DNA of 64,000 nucleotides from Candidatus Bathyarchaeota archaeon (GTDB lineage: Archaea; Thermoproteota; Bathyarchaeia; Bathyarchaeales; Bathycorpusculaceae). The notes beneath the pieces are model-generated. The model saw only the letters and a program-made list of their open reading frames with translations. It was not told the DNA's origin and did no database searches. The stretch lies in assembly GCA_963775685.1 (NCBI GenBank), contig CAVZJV010000014.1, positions 1,824,001 through 1,888,000 of the forward strand, written 5' to 3'. This document shows, piece after piece, positions 1 to 9,573 of the stretch (position 1 is its first letter; the number at the start of each line of letters is the position of its first letter). The translations under genes and the position numbers were made by a program.

Positions 1-1440
1 TTGCGCGGTTGCGGTGGTTGGAAGGTTGCTCACAGTGTTGTTGCCTGCGTTAAAGATTTCGCCGTAAACTGAAGCGTCAATGGTATAGCTTGCTGACGGC
101 AAAGTTGATTTGAGCGTGTAGCTTCCAGTGGAGTCAGTCTGGCCAGACGCTGTGCCAGTTTTTGATCCGCTGCCACTTTGGTATTGATAGTTTATGTTAA
201 GGGTCACAAAAGGCATTACAACGCCGTTTGTGTTTTTAACAGTGAATTTTATGTTGGTTAGCTGGCAGCTTATGCTAAAGGTTGCATCTCCGCTGACGGT
301 TATGTTTGTTTCTCCTACGTTAACGCCGTTCCATAGGGCAGTTATGATGTTGGTGCCCCTTTCAAGTTTAAAGTTTGCAACCCCGTTTGAGTCGCTTGCT
401 GCATTGTAAACTGCGCCGGAAGTTGCATCAGTAGCTTGAAGTGAGACGTCAGTGACAATTTCACCGGCTAAGTTGGTTGTTTGAATTTTTATAGCGTACC
501 CGATTACGGTAAAGGTTTGGGAGTCAGTCACCGATTTTGAATTAGTTGAAGCATCTAGCTTTATCGTGTAGTTGCCGACTTCAGCAACTGAGGAAACCAC
601 GTAGGTTGTACTGACGACGCCCTCAGATGAAGCGGTTACGGAGGCAGTATCAAGGGTTGAGCCAGATTTAGCGTTTGTTATTGTTAAAGTTGCAGCTGTA
701 TTTGGTTGGTAACCTGTCGCTCGCACAGTTATTGTTTCACCTCTGTGATAGGTGGTTTTATCGATAAAGTTAACTGTGAATGTTGTTTGTGCTAGAGATG
801 TGGATTGATTAAAGTAGGCAGTGTAAGTTCCAGCGTAGTCGGTTAGTGAACCTGTAGGTGAGAAGGTGCTGTCGGGAAAAGTTACCTGTGCACTTGCCGT
901 TCCCTTATCGTTAGGTGTTCCTAAACTAACTGTCTTTGCATAAGTTGAGCCAAGAGGACTTGGGAGTACAACAGCGACGTTGGCATTGTACGAGGTACCT
1001 GTTTGAGCACCCGTAACACTGACAGTCAAAGCTAAACTGTTTCCTTCTTGCAAGGAAGCAGGAACAGGAGTTATCGAATAGCCTGTTGTTACTGTAAATG
1101 TCTGGGTGGAGTTGACGTTGATGGCGACGTCCCTCAGTAATAGCGCATAAGCGCCGTTTGGAAGCTCGGGAACCGTGAAGTTTGAATCAACAAAGTAACC
1201 CTCAGATATGCCGCTGTCCACTACGACTTTTCCAAGAAGAACTTGGTATGAACCGTTAGAGGTGTAAATTGTTCCAGCAATGTTTACTTTGGTACCTACC
1301 GGCCCAGTTGCTTCAGTGGGGGTTATCTGAAGGATGTTTACTCCGAGATTGGTGTTCTGTGCATAAACCTCAAGAGGATTAACAACTGCAGCAAACGCAA
1401 TGAGGAATAGGATGGAACCTGTAACAATTTTCTTATTCAC
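1..1440 (-). CDS. Secreted/surface (S-layer-like) Thr/Ser/Asn-rich beta-sandwich repeat protein, 3' end outside window
   Basis: Not in ORF track because it runs off the edge. GTG at 1440 opens MNKKIVTGSILFLIAFAAVVNPLEVYA (signal peptide), then an open frame of beta-strand-like, T/S/N-rich sequence to base 1. Confidence 0.8.
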   Translation of the reverse strand, partial: MNKKIVTGSILFLIAFAAVVNPLEVYAQNTNLGVNILQITPTEATGPVGTKVNIAGTIYTSNGSYQVLLGKVVVDSGISEGYFVDSNFTVPELPNGAYALLLRDVAINVNSTQTFTVTTGYSITPVPASLQEGNSLALTVSVTGAQTGTSYNANVAVVLPSPLGSTYAKTVSLGTPNDKGTASAQVTFPDSTFSPTGSLTDYAGTYTAYFNQSTSLAQTTFTVNFIDKTTYHRGETITVRATGYQPNTAATLTITNAKSGSTLDTASVTASSEGVVSTTYVVSSVAEVGNYTIKLDASTNSKSVTDSQTFTVIGYAIKIQTTNLAGEIVTDVSLQATDATSGAVYNAASDSNGVANFKLERGTNIITALWNGVNVGETNITVSGDATFSISCQLTNIKFTVKNTNGVVMPFVTLNINYQYQSGSGSKTGTASGQTDSTGSYTLKSTLPSASYTIDASVYGEIFNAGNNTVSNLPTTATAQ

Positions 1441-1644
1441 AAACTCTACGCTCCCAAATAGATAGCCATCATCGTTGATTGCTCATGATTTAACTAAGAG
1501 ATGATTTTAAACTTTACCTTTCAAACGCCCAACCTAGCATCGGAACAATAAAACAGCTAAACAGATAATCCATATAGAAATCCGCCTGTTAGGATATGAT
1601 TTTTAAAAGACGCTTTTTTCTATGTACAGAAACCGGTGTAAGTC

Positions 1645-2607
1645 TTGGAAAACAACTCTGCCTCTCCCCTCTTAGGCGCTCTAAAAAAACAAAAATACCA
1701 TTTAATAGGAAGCCACTCAGCGGTGAAAAGGTGCAAATGGCTCTACGAATCCATAATAAACGGCAGAGCATGCTACAAACAAAAGTTCTACGGCGTCCAA
1801 TCTCACAGATGCATCCAGATGACCCCGTCCCTCTACTCTTGCACACATCAATGCCTTTTTTGTTGGAGGGCGCAGAGCGGAGATTTGGAAGTCACCTGGG
1901 ACGAGATGAAGAATCCAGCGAAAGACACGCCCGAAGAGATTGTTGAGGGCTGTTTTGAGGCACAGAAAAAAATCTTGAGCGGGTATAAAGGTAACGAGAA
2001 TGCGGATTGGCGCAAATTCCAAGAAGCACAACGACCCAAGCAAGTTGCTATAAGCTTAACTGGTGAACCAACACTCTACGACTTTTTGGGCGAACTCATT
2101 CGTACCTTCCACCAAAAAGGCCTAACCACGTTCTTGGTTTCAAACGGCACTATGCCTTCCAAACTCTCAACGCTAACCCAGGAACCCACCCAACTCTACA
2201 TCTCAATGTGTGCACCCAACGAGCAGGTCTACAAACAGGTATGTCGCCCCCTATTCCCTGGCGCATGGACAAAGCTAAACGAAACACTAAGTCTGCTGCA
2301 AAGTTTCCGATGCCCAACAGTAGTCCGCATGACCCTGGTTAAAAACCTCAACATGAGGTTAATAGAACAATATGCAAAACTCGTTGAAAAAGCCAACCCC
2401 ACATACATTGAGGCAAAAGCATACATGCATATAGGATTCTCTAACTTGCGTTTGGGCTTTGAACGAATGCCCCAGCACGGAGAAGTCAAAGAGTTTGCAG
2501 CGCAGTTAGCCGAAAAAACAGGGTACAAAGTCATCAACGAGGCGCCCGAGAGCCGAGTGGTTCTGTTGAGCCGCTTGGAGAAACCAATTCAGGTTGGAAC
2601 CAACTAG
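1645..2607 (+). CDS. taw1: 4-demethylwyosine synthase Taw1/TYW1 (radical SAM)
   Basis: HSAVKRCKW, CYKQKFYG, CTHQCLFCWR radical-SAM motif, AISLTGEPTLY. Confidence 0.93.
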   Translation: MENNSASPLLGALKKQKYHLIGSHSAVKRCKWLYESIINGRACYKQKFYGVQSHRCIQMTPSLYSCTHQCLFCWRAQSGDLEVTWDEMKNPAKDTPEEIVEGCFEAQKKILSGYKGNENADWRKFQEAQRPKQVAISLTGEPTLYDFLGELIRTFHQKGLTTFLVSNGTMPSKLSTLTQEPTQLYISMCAPNEQVYKQVCRPLFPGAWTKLNETLSLLQSFRCPTVVRMTLVKNLNMRLIEQYAKLVEKANPTYIEAKAYMHIGFSNLRLGFERMPQHGEVKEFAAQLAEKTGYKVINEAPESRVVLLSRLEKPIQVGTN

Positions 2608-2756
2608 CGGTTTCTAGCTAACGACATTTAAACCTGCCACAGAACTTACCTGCCTCCTTCCCAGATAGATTCACTGTAATGCGGCGAATATTAGGCTCAA
2701 GTTGGATAATTTAAATACGAAATGTCTGCCCTTGTTAAATCAAGCAGTTACTAACC

Positions 2757-2953
2757 ATAATAAGCGAATGAAGAAGGCTATTTTCGAAGAAAAGATAACA
2801 AATATTTGGTCTATACCAAAAGTTTAGCCGATGTCAAAGCACGTTTCCGTTTAAAATGGAGAAGATACGATTTTTGCTAAAGGGACCTTCGCTTTGGGCG
2901 ATAGTAAGTTGCCGGTTGAGAAGGGGCAGGCTCTCAGCAGCCATAAGAGGTAA
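2757..2953 (+). pseudogene. Probable decayed small gene (AbrB-like swapped-hairpin hypothetical)
   Basis: Fragments in shifting frames read ISE*RRLF / FRRKDNKYLVY / STFPFK / GEDTIFAKGTFALGDSKLPVEK. They resemble from memory a small bathyarchaeal hypothetical family; unverified. Confidence 0.4.
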
Positions 2954-2987
2954 GAAATTGAAATAAACAACCAAACCAATCCTTCTT

Positions 2988-3662
2988 TTGGGTGCAGTTT
3001 TGTCCACTTTAGAAGAAACTATCCAACAAGTAAAATCTGAGCTTATAGCAAAAAATCAAATTCGTGAAGAAACCCATGAAAGCATGCGCAAAGCCACAAG
3101 TCTCTCCAAACAAGCAATTCTTCTCATCCACCAAAAAAGATTCGGCGACGCCAAGAAAATGGTTACATATGCCAAAGAGAAAATTTTAAGCCTCCAAGCC
3201 CAAGCTAAACAATACCCTGAAATCATTTACGGCGGTATGCTTAGCGCGGCTAACCAAGAGTATTCTGAAGCAAACATTTTTTTAGTATTAGTCAAAGAAG
3301 AGCGTTTTGTGACGCCAGCGGAAATTGATGTGCCCTCCGTAGATTATATCCTTGGTTTAGCTGACGTCATAGGTGAATACAGACGTTTGGCGCTAGATAA
3401 CTTGCGGGAAGGCGAGGTTGAGAAAGGCGAAAAGTGCCTCGAAATCATGGACCAGATCTTCATTCAGCTACTTGCACTCGATGAAGCATATATGCTTGTT
3501 CCAGGGCTCAGACACAAATCTGATATTGCGAGAAGAATCATCGAGTCCACCCGTGGCGACATTACGTTGGAAGTTCGCAGAAAGGCGCTTGAAGATGAAC
3601 TTAAGCGCTTCGAACCATCAAAACGGGTAGCCAAAAGTAAGCCCAAAAAGAGCAAACCATAG
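2988..3662 (+). CDS. Translin/Trax (C3PO-like) family RNase
   Basis: All-helical; QEYSEA and DYILGLADVIGEYRR motifs, LRHKSD. Confidence 0.85.
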   Translation: MGAVLSTLEETIQQVKSELIAKNQIREETHESMRKATSLSKQAILLIHQKRFGDAKKMVTYAKEKILSLQAQAKQYPEIIYGGMLSAANQEYSEANIFLVLVKEERFVTPAEIDVPSVDYILGLADVIGEYRRLALDNLREGEVEKGEKCLEIMDQIFIQLLALDEAYMLVPGLRHKSDIARRIIESTRGDITLEVRRKALEDELKRFEPSKRVAKSKPKKSKP

Positions 3663-3795
3663 ATTGCTCAAGTTAATTGAGAATTTTTCAGTGAAAAAAC
3701 CCCACAACATAGCAACCAAACAGAAAAACCGTCTTGCCAAAGAAAGCAAAGTAAATATCTGAACAAGCCGTAAACTATCGTTTGAGCGTGAAGGC

Positions 3796-4128
3796 ATGAC
3801 CGAAGAAATAACGTTTGCTGACTTTGAAAAAATTGACCTGCGCATAGGAAAAATAGTTGAAGCAACCCAAGTTGCAGAATCGAAAAAATTGATTAAAATC
3901 TCGGTTGATTTTGGCTCCGAGAAACGGCAAGCAGTTGCAGGGTTGCTCAAATACTATAAGCCTGAGGAGTTGCTTGGCAAAAAATGCGTTTTCCTTTTAA
4001 ACCTACAGCGGCGCATGCTGGCAGGCATCGAATCGCAATGCATGATTTTAGCCGCCGAAGACGCGGCGGGCATCGTGTCGGTATTGCAACCTGATAAGGA
4101 CCTTGAGGAAGGCAGCAAAATCGGTTAA
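3796..4128 (+). CDS. Stand-alone tRNA-binding OB-fold protein (Trbp111/CsaA/MetRS C-terminal-like)
   Basis: FADFEKIDLRIGKIVEA...NLQRRMLAGIESQCMILAA. Confidence 0.88.
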   Translation: MTEEITFADFEKIDLRIGKIVEATQVAESKKLIKISVDFGSEKRQAVAGLLKYYKPEELLGKKCVFLLNLQRRMLAGIESQCMILAAEDAAGIVSVLQPDKDLEEGSKIG

Positions 4129-4219
4129 TCCTGCTCCAGATTACGCTGTTATTGCTAGGGAAAGATAAAATAGTAATTAGAGCAAGTTTACTGTATAATT
4201 TGTTGTAGAAGGTCCACTT

Positions 4220-5227
4220 ATGTCCGTTAATGAAGAATCACTTATGTGGGTTGAGAAGTATCGCCCCAAAACCCTTGACGACGTGATAGGCTTAAAAAAC
4301 ATCGTAGATAACCTCAAAGCGTTCATGAAAAACCCCAAAACAATGCCCCACCTCATGCTAGCAGGAATTCCTGGCACAGGCAAAACCACCATAGCTCTTG
4401 CCATAGCTCACGAACTGTACAGTGCAAACTGGAGAAACTTCACGCTCGAGCTCAACGCCTCCGACGAGAGAGGCATCGACACAGTACGTGACCGAATTAA
4501 AGATTTCTCGCGTTACAGCCGCTCAAGCTTTGGTGAAATACCCTTCTCACTTATTATCCTAGACGAATGCGACCAGATGACTGGCCCTGCGCAGACAGCG
4601 CTAAGGCGCATCATGGAGACCAGCAGCCGCACATCCAGATTCATATTGATATGTAACCAATCCAGCAAAATAATCGAACCCATCCAAAGCCGATGCGCAA
4701 TATTCCGCTTCTCACGACTTGACAAGCAAGCCATGAAAGCCCATCTCGAGTATATAGCTAAGAACGAAAAAGTTAACTTGTTGCCTGAAGCTGCTGAGAG
4801 AATCGTAGATTACTCGGAAGGTGACCTGCGGCACGCCATAAACGCTCTGCAAACAGCTTCAGCCTACAAGGAAGGATGCATAGATGAAAAGACCGTAGCG
4901 TTGGTTATCGGCGAAGCGAGTCCCATGCAGGTACAGAAAATGGTTCGCAAAGCGCTCTACGGCGACTTCATCGAAGCCCGAAAAACAATGTATGAAATCA
5001 TGGGATCCTTCGGTTTCTCAGGCAACGAAATTATCCGCCAAGTGCAACGAGAAATCTTCAAGATGTCCGACCTCACGCCCGAGCAAAAAGCAGATATCTC
5101 AAGCGTCATTGGCGAATACGACTACCGCCTAACACAGGGCGCCAATAGCGACATCCAACTAAGTGCACTTCTTGCGCAGTTAGCCAAGTTTGGGAAAGGT
5201 ATAGAGGAAAAATATGCTGCGAAATGA
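4220..5227 (+). CDS. rfcS: Replication factor C small subunit
   Basis: WVEKYRP, GIPGTGKT, ELNASDERG, LDECD, IQSRC. Confidence 0.95.
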   Translation: MSVNEESLMWVEKYRPKTLDDVIGLKNIVDNLKAFMKNPKTMPHLMLAGIPGTGKTTIALAIAHELYSANWRNFTLELNASDERGIDTVRDRIKDFSRYSRSSFGEIPFSLIILDECDQMTGPAQTALRRIMETSSRTSRFILICNQSSKIIEPIQSRCAIFRFSRLDKQAMKAHLEYIAKNEKVNLLPEAAERIVDYSEGDLRHAINALQTASAYKEGCIDEKTVALVIGEASPMQVQKMVRKALYGDFIEARKTMYEIMGSFGFSGNEIIRQVQREIFKMSDLTPEQKADISSVIGEYDYRLTQGANSDIQLSALLAQLAKFGKGIEEKYAAK

Positions 5228-6452
5228 CCTGCTCTGGGTTGAAAAGTACCGCCCAAAAAAAATAGAAGACATCGCCGGCAACGAAGAAGCCAAATCACTC
5301 TTTGTGGAGTGGCTAAATAATAAGCGGCACACCAAGAAAGCAGTGTTACTTTATGGTCCCCCTGGCGTGGGAAAAACAGCGCTTGTTAACGCCGCTGCAA
5401 ATGAATTCAGATATTCAATTATTGAGATGAACGCCAGCGACACCCGCTCAGAGAAAGCAATTAACGCTGTAGCTAAACCTGCCTCTTCCTATCGGGCTTT
5501 AGACAACTTTTCGGGTGCACCCAAAGGCAGCGGAAACCTGCTGTTTCTGGACGAAGTAGACGGCATCGCGGGCAACGAGGACCGCGGAGGCGTAGGAGCA
5601 ATCATAAAGATTGTTGAGGCGTCGCTTGTGCCTGTCGTCATGGCTGCAAACGACCCTGACATAGATAAGTTGCGACCGCTCAAAAAGGTGTGTTTACTTG
5701 TACGTTTCCAGCAAGTCCGCATACCACTAATCATCGCTCTTTTACAGAAAATCTGCAGGGTTGAACGTGTGAAAGCAGAATTTGAAGCACTGGATAGAAT
5801 CGCACAAAACAGCCGAGGCGACGTGCGTTCTGCAATAAACGACCTGCAGAGTCTTAGCGAAGAAAACCATTCCCTAACCTTGCAGGACACAGTAATGCTG
5901 AGTTCCAGAAACAAAGACATCAGCATGGATGAAACGCTGCGTAGGTACTTCTCGGCACAATCAATCGCTGAAGCCTCAAGCTTGCTTAGCTACTCAAGCG
6001 TGGACTATGACGACTTTTTGCTCTCGGTCAGTGACAACTTGCCCCGCCGATACAGCGACCCAAAGGAACTGGCCGCAGCTTACGACTATGTTTCCCAAGC
6101 CGACATGTACCGTGGCAGGATCGGAACAGAAAACTGGCACCTGCTAAAATACTTCTTCAACGAGTTAGCCCATGCAGCCGCTGTTAACCCTCAATCATAC
6201 AAACAATTCGAATTTATCGCGCCGCCGATTCGCATTATCACTCTGTTTTGGACCAAAGGCAAAAGAACTATGCTGAACACTATCTGCGGAAAAATCGGTG
6301 CCCAATGCCACGTATCTCACGAAACCGCCAAACACGACTTTGTCCCCTATATCAAGAAGATACTGCAAAATCAAAAATCCAGCGCCCTTATCGCTTGGTT
6401 CAAGTTTACGCCTGAAGAAGTGGATTTCCTAATCAAAATGGGCAGGTACTAA
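5214..6452 (+). CDS. rfcL: Replication factor C large subunit
   Basis: WVEKYRP, GPPGVGKT, EMNASD, LDEVDG; overlaps rfcS. Confidence 0.92.
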   Translation: MLRNDLLWVEKYRPKKIEDIAGNEEAKSLFVEWLNNKRHTKKAVLLYGPPGVGKTALVNAAANEFRYSIIEMNASDTRSEKAINAVAKPASSYRALDNFSGAPKGSGNLLFLDEVDGIAGNEDRGGVGAIIKIVEASLVPVVMAANDPDIDKLRPLKKVCLLVRFQQVRIPLIIALLQKICRVERVKAEFEALDRIAQNSRGDVRSAINDLQSLSEENHSLTLQDTVMLSSRNKDISMDETLRRYFSAQSIAEASSLLSYSSVDYDDFLLSVSDNLPRRYSDPKELAAAYDYVSQADMYRGRIGTENWHLLKYFFNELAHAAAVNPQSYKQFEFIAPPIRIITLFWTKGKRTMLNTICGKIGAQCHVSHETAKHDFVPYIKKILQNQKSSALIAWFKFTPEEVDFLIKMGRY

Positions 6453-6455
6453 AGT

Positions 6456-6794
6456 ATGGTTTTGGTTCTAAACAAGAAAGCCTTCAAGCTTCCGCGGCTG
6501 GAGAAAGAAAAGTTCGTTTCGCTGATGCGTCTGGGGCTGGATTATAATCGCGACCAAGGCACATTCGCGATTAAGAGTTGCAATAACATCGAAAAAATCA
6601 TGGAGGCAGTTGGCGCTATTCTGGGTAGCGAAGTTGTTTTTCTCCAAAGTTGCACCCATTGCGGCAAAGACTTCCCATGTGCAAACTGTAACTATTATGA
6701 GGTTTGTACGACTAAGAATTTACCGTTCAGCTGTGTCTGCCCTCAGTGCCTAAGAGACAGAAAACAGTTTGAAGAGTATGTTTCTAAATTTTAA
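6456..6794 (+). CDS. Hypothetical protein with 8-Cys C-terminal metal-binding cluster
   Basis: CTHC..CANC..C..CVCPQC; starts 3 nt after rfcL. Confidence 0.75.
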   Translation: MVLVLNKKAFKLPRLEKEKFVSLMRLGLDYNRDQGTFAIKSCNNIEKIMEAVGAILGSEVVFLQSCTHCGKDFPCANCNYYEVCTTKNLPFSCVCPQCLRDRKQFEEYVSKF

Positions 6795-7302
6795 TTAGCA
6801 CTTTTTGGCGGGTTTGAGTTTTCTTGTTGGCACCTCACTTTAGGTGATTACTGATGAGTACTTGCTATTTGCAAATAGACTAATTCTTGAAAATTTGCTA
6901 TTTAGCCTCCCCAATTGATCGCTTAATAACCATACTGGAAGCATTGAGCAGTGGTGGATTGGCGCATAAGTTAATAACAGACGAACAAACGTTGTATTTT
7001 TCCATATCAAAAAGATTAGAATTATTATATACCTATTGTAAAATGAAGTGATTCCTATAAATGTGCAGAGAAAAAGATTCAAAGTAAATAATTCTGTTAT
7101 CTACAACATTTTTTTGCTTTATGTGATGATGTGGTTCAGTGCTAAAAACAACCTGGTTTCTGCATAGCCATAATAGTACATGTTAAGAAAGCAGACATTG
7201 GCTTCGGTATACGAAAACATCAACCAAACCCACACAAAAACAGGCAAAGGCAAATCTTATCTAGCCATTCCCACTTAACAGAAACCACAGAAGGTTCGTT
7301 TT

Positions 7303-8553
7303 ATGGCAGAAGAACATACAGCATTAAGCGTTGCCCTAACCCAACTCAAATTAGCATCAAAAAAATTATGTCTCGACTATGGTATGCAAAAAATGCTCAG
7401 TCAACCCAAACGCTCCATCTCTGTAAGCATAGACGTCCGCATGGACAATGGCTCAGTTGGCGTTTTCAACGGTGTTCGTGTTCAGCATTGGGATGCGCGT
7501 GGACCATTTAAGGGAGGAATCCGCTTCTACCCAAGTATAACACTTAACGAAGTGACCGCCCTCGCGATGTTGATGACGTGGAAATGCGCAATCGCTGATA
7601 TTCCGTTTGGGGGGGCAAAGGGCGGGGTTTGTGTGGATAGCAAAAAGCTCAGCCAGCATGAACTGGAACGCTTAACAAGACGGTATGTAAGCTTAATTTT
7701 TGAGTATCTTGGTCCACAACGTGATATCCCAGCACCCGATATGTACACCGACGCCCAAACCATGGCGTGGATAATGGATACTTATAGCCAACTCAAAGGC
7801 TACCGAATACCTGAAAGCGCAACGGGCAAACCAGTCGAGATTGGCGGTTCATGGGGTAGAACAGAAGCTACTGGACGAGGTGTTATCCACTGCGTCAAGC
7901 AAGCATCTGAAAATAACGGCTTAAAACTTAAAAATGCCTCTGTGGTGATCCAGGGCTTTGGCAATGTTGGTTACCATGCTGCGGTTGCGGCAAGGGAAAT
8001 CGGCTGCAAAGTCGTGGCAGTAAGTGACTCTACGGGCGGAATCTATTGCCCTGAGGGCTTAAACCCAGAAGATGTTTTGGCACACAAAGAAAAAACAAGA
8101 ACAGTGCAAAATTTTAAATCCGTCAAAAACCTGAGCAACGAAGAACTCATCCAACTGCCATGCGACATACTCATTCCCGCAGCAATAGCAAACCAAATCA
8201 CACAAAAAAACGCCGACAAAATCCGCGCAAAAATGGTTGCTGAAGCAGCAAACGGACCAACCACACCCGAAGCCGACAAAATCCTCTACGAAAAAGAAAT
8301 CTGCATTATCCCAGATATTCTTGCTAACAGCGGCGGCGTAACAGTGAGCTATTTTGAATGGGTGCAGAACCTGACGCGGGAGCAGTGGCCTCTGGAAACA
8401 GTCAACAATAAGCTTGAAGCGAAAATGACCAAGGCATTCAACGATGTTGAAACTATTGTGATTAAAGAAGAGAGCGACATGCGCACTGGAGCTCTTATGC
8501 TGGGTGTGGGAAGAGTAGCGGACGCGATAAAAACACTTGGGCTTTGGCCATAA
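7303..8553 (+). CDS. gdhA: Glutamate dehydrogenase (Glu/Leu/Phe/Val DH family)
   Basis: GPFKGGIRF, PFGGAKGG, DIPAPD, QGFGNVG, EAANGP. Confidence 0.93.
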   Translation: MAEEHTALSVALTQLKLASKKLCLDYGMQKMLSQPKRSISVSIDVRMDNGSVGVFNGVRVQHWDARGPFKGGIRFYPSITLNEVTALAMLMTWKCAIADIPFGGAKGGVCVDSKKLSQHELERLTRRYVSLIFEYLGPQRDIPAPDMYTDAQTMAWIMDTYSQLKGYRIPESATGKPVEIGGSWGRTEATGRGVIHCVKQASENNGLKLKNASVVIQGFGNVGYHAAVAAREIGCKVVAVSDSTGGIYCPEGLNPEDVLAHKEKTRTVQNFKSVKNLSNEELIQLPCDILIPAAIANQITQKNADKIRAKMVAEAANGPTTPEADKILYEKEICIIPDILANSGGVTVSYFEWVQNLTREQWPLETVNNKLEAKMTKAFNDVETIVIKEESDMRTGALMLGVGRVADAIKTLGLWP

Positions 8554-9012
8554 CCAGAAATATTTTCGCTGGACAGCCAATTCACAGTCATTGAATAAAA
8601 CCATAGAATAGCAATTGGTTAACGGCATTGCTGAACTACACGTGGGCTCAATGTTCCTGATTCTTAATAACAAACTTTTTCCACTAATTGGATTATTTAG
8701 CGGATTCCGAACCATTAATAAGGAAAATTATAACTAAAAAAGCGGTTAGCTGCTTGTTTAATCTATATACCAGTCCGACTGAAATTTATCCAACTCAGAA
8801 AAAACCAACGCGTTAAATTTTACATTCTTGTTAGAAGATATGCGGTATAAGAATTTTGCATTCAAAATCATAGAAAGAAACAAACACCACAAGCAAAAAA
8901 CACCTTGAAGCCTATTCTGAACAGTTTAGTAATTCTAGTGCAAACCCTTAAAACTTCATTCGTATATTTCTTGAATCCCGAAAGAGCAAACTGTGTTAAG
9001 AGGGAATTGGGA

Positions 9013-9573
9013 TTGGCAGCCGCGAAAATATTCACCTTGGACTTTTGCTACGAAAACTCTATGGTTAAAATCGTAGCGAACCGCAACTGCCCAGAAGTCA
9101 AGCTTGTTGGACTCACCGTTGGACCCTTCGACGAAGGCAATGAATATGAAATTTACTTTTGGGTAGCCAAAGAGCTTGCCACAGCAGGAATGGTACATTT
9201 CAGGGAAGACGACATCCTTGACGCCACGAAGCTCTTTAAGGTACAGTGGAAGGAAGGTGTACAGATTCCAGGACAAATCTCTGAGTTGCCAGGAGACTTC
9301 TACCCTAAACTACGCAGATTCGTCGCTGAACTAAAAGACCAAGCCCAAAAACAATCCGAGAAATACCAAGAATATGATCGCGCAAAACAGTTGGCACGCG
9401 ACATCGTGAACTCACGACTAAAAAAGGTAGTTGCAATATCTGCTGCTCCAGCCCAAAGCGACCAAGTGCTAAAAAAATTCACCAGCGAAGAAAAACTCGT
9501 TTACGAGCAACTAGTCGAAATCCTTTCTGAGTGGAAAACAAAGATCTTGGAAAATACTGGAGAAAGACGGTAG
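9013..9573 (+). CDS. gins23: GINS complex subunit Gins23 (start uncertain: 9013/9037/9061)
   Basis: B-domain GPFDEGNEYEIYFWVAKEL followed by helical A-domain LPGDFY..RLKK; directly upstream of mcm, the conserved TACK arrangement. Confidence 0.8.
   Translation: MAAAKIFTLDFCYENSMVKIVANRNCPEVKLVGLTVGPFDEGNEYEIYFWVAKELATAGMVHFREDDILDATKLFKVQWKEGVQIPGQISELPGDFYPKLRRFVAELKDQAQKQSEKYQEYDRAKQLARDIVNSRLKKVVAISAAPAQSDQVLKKFTSEEKLVYEQLVEILSEWKTKILENTGERR

Noticed and set aside
2904-2945. Possible hairpin/ncRNA upstream of the translin gene
   Set aside because: Pairing is short and imperfect; the region is better explained as a decayed coding sequence.
6795-7302. 500-bp AT-rich spacer and the 80-aa minus ORF before gdhA
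   Set aside because: Non-protein-like composition; no repeat or convincing RNA structure.
8059-8715. 218-aa antisense ORF and the many other shadow ORFs (e.g. 35502-36167, 34343-34849, 41631-42158)
   Set aside because: They overlap well-supported genes on the opposite strand or another frame and lack recognisable motifs.
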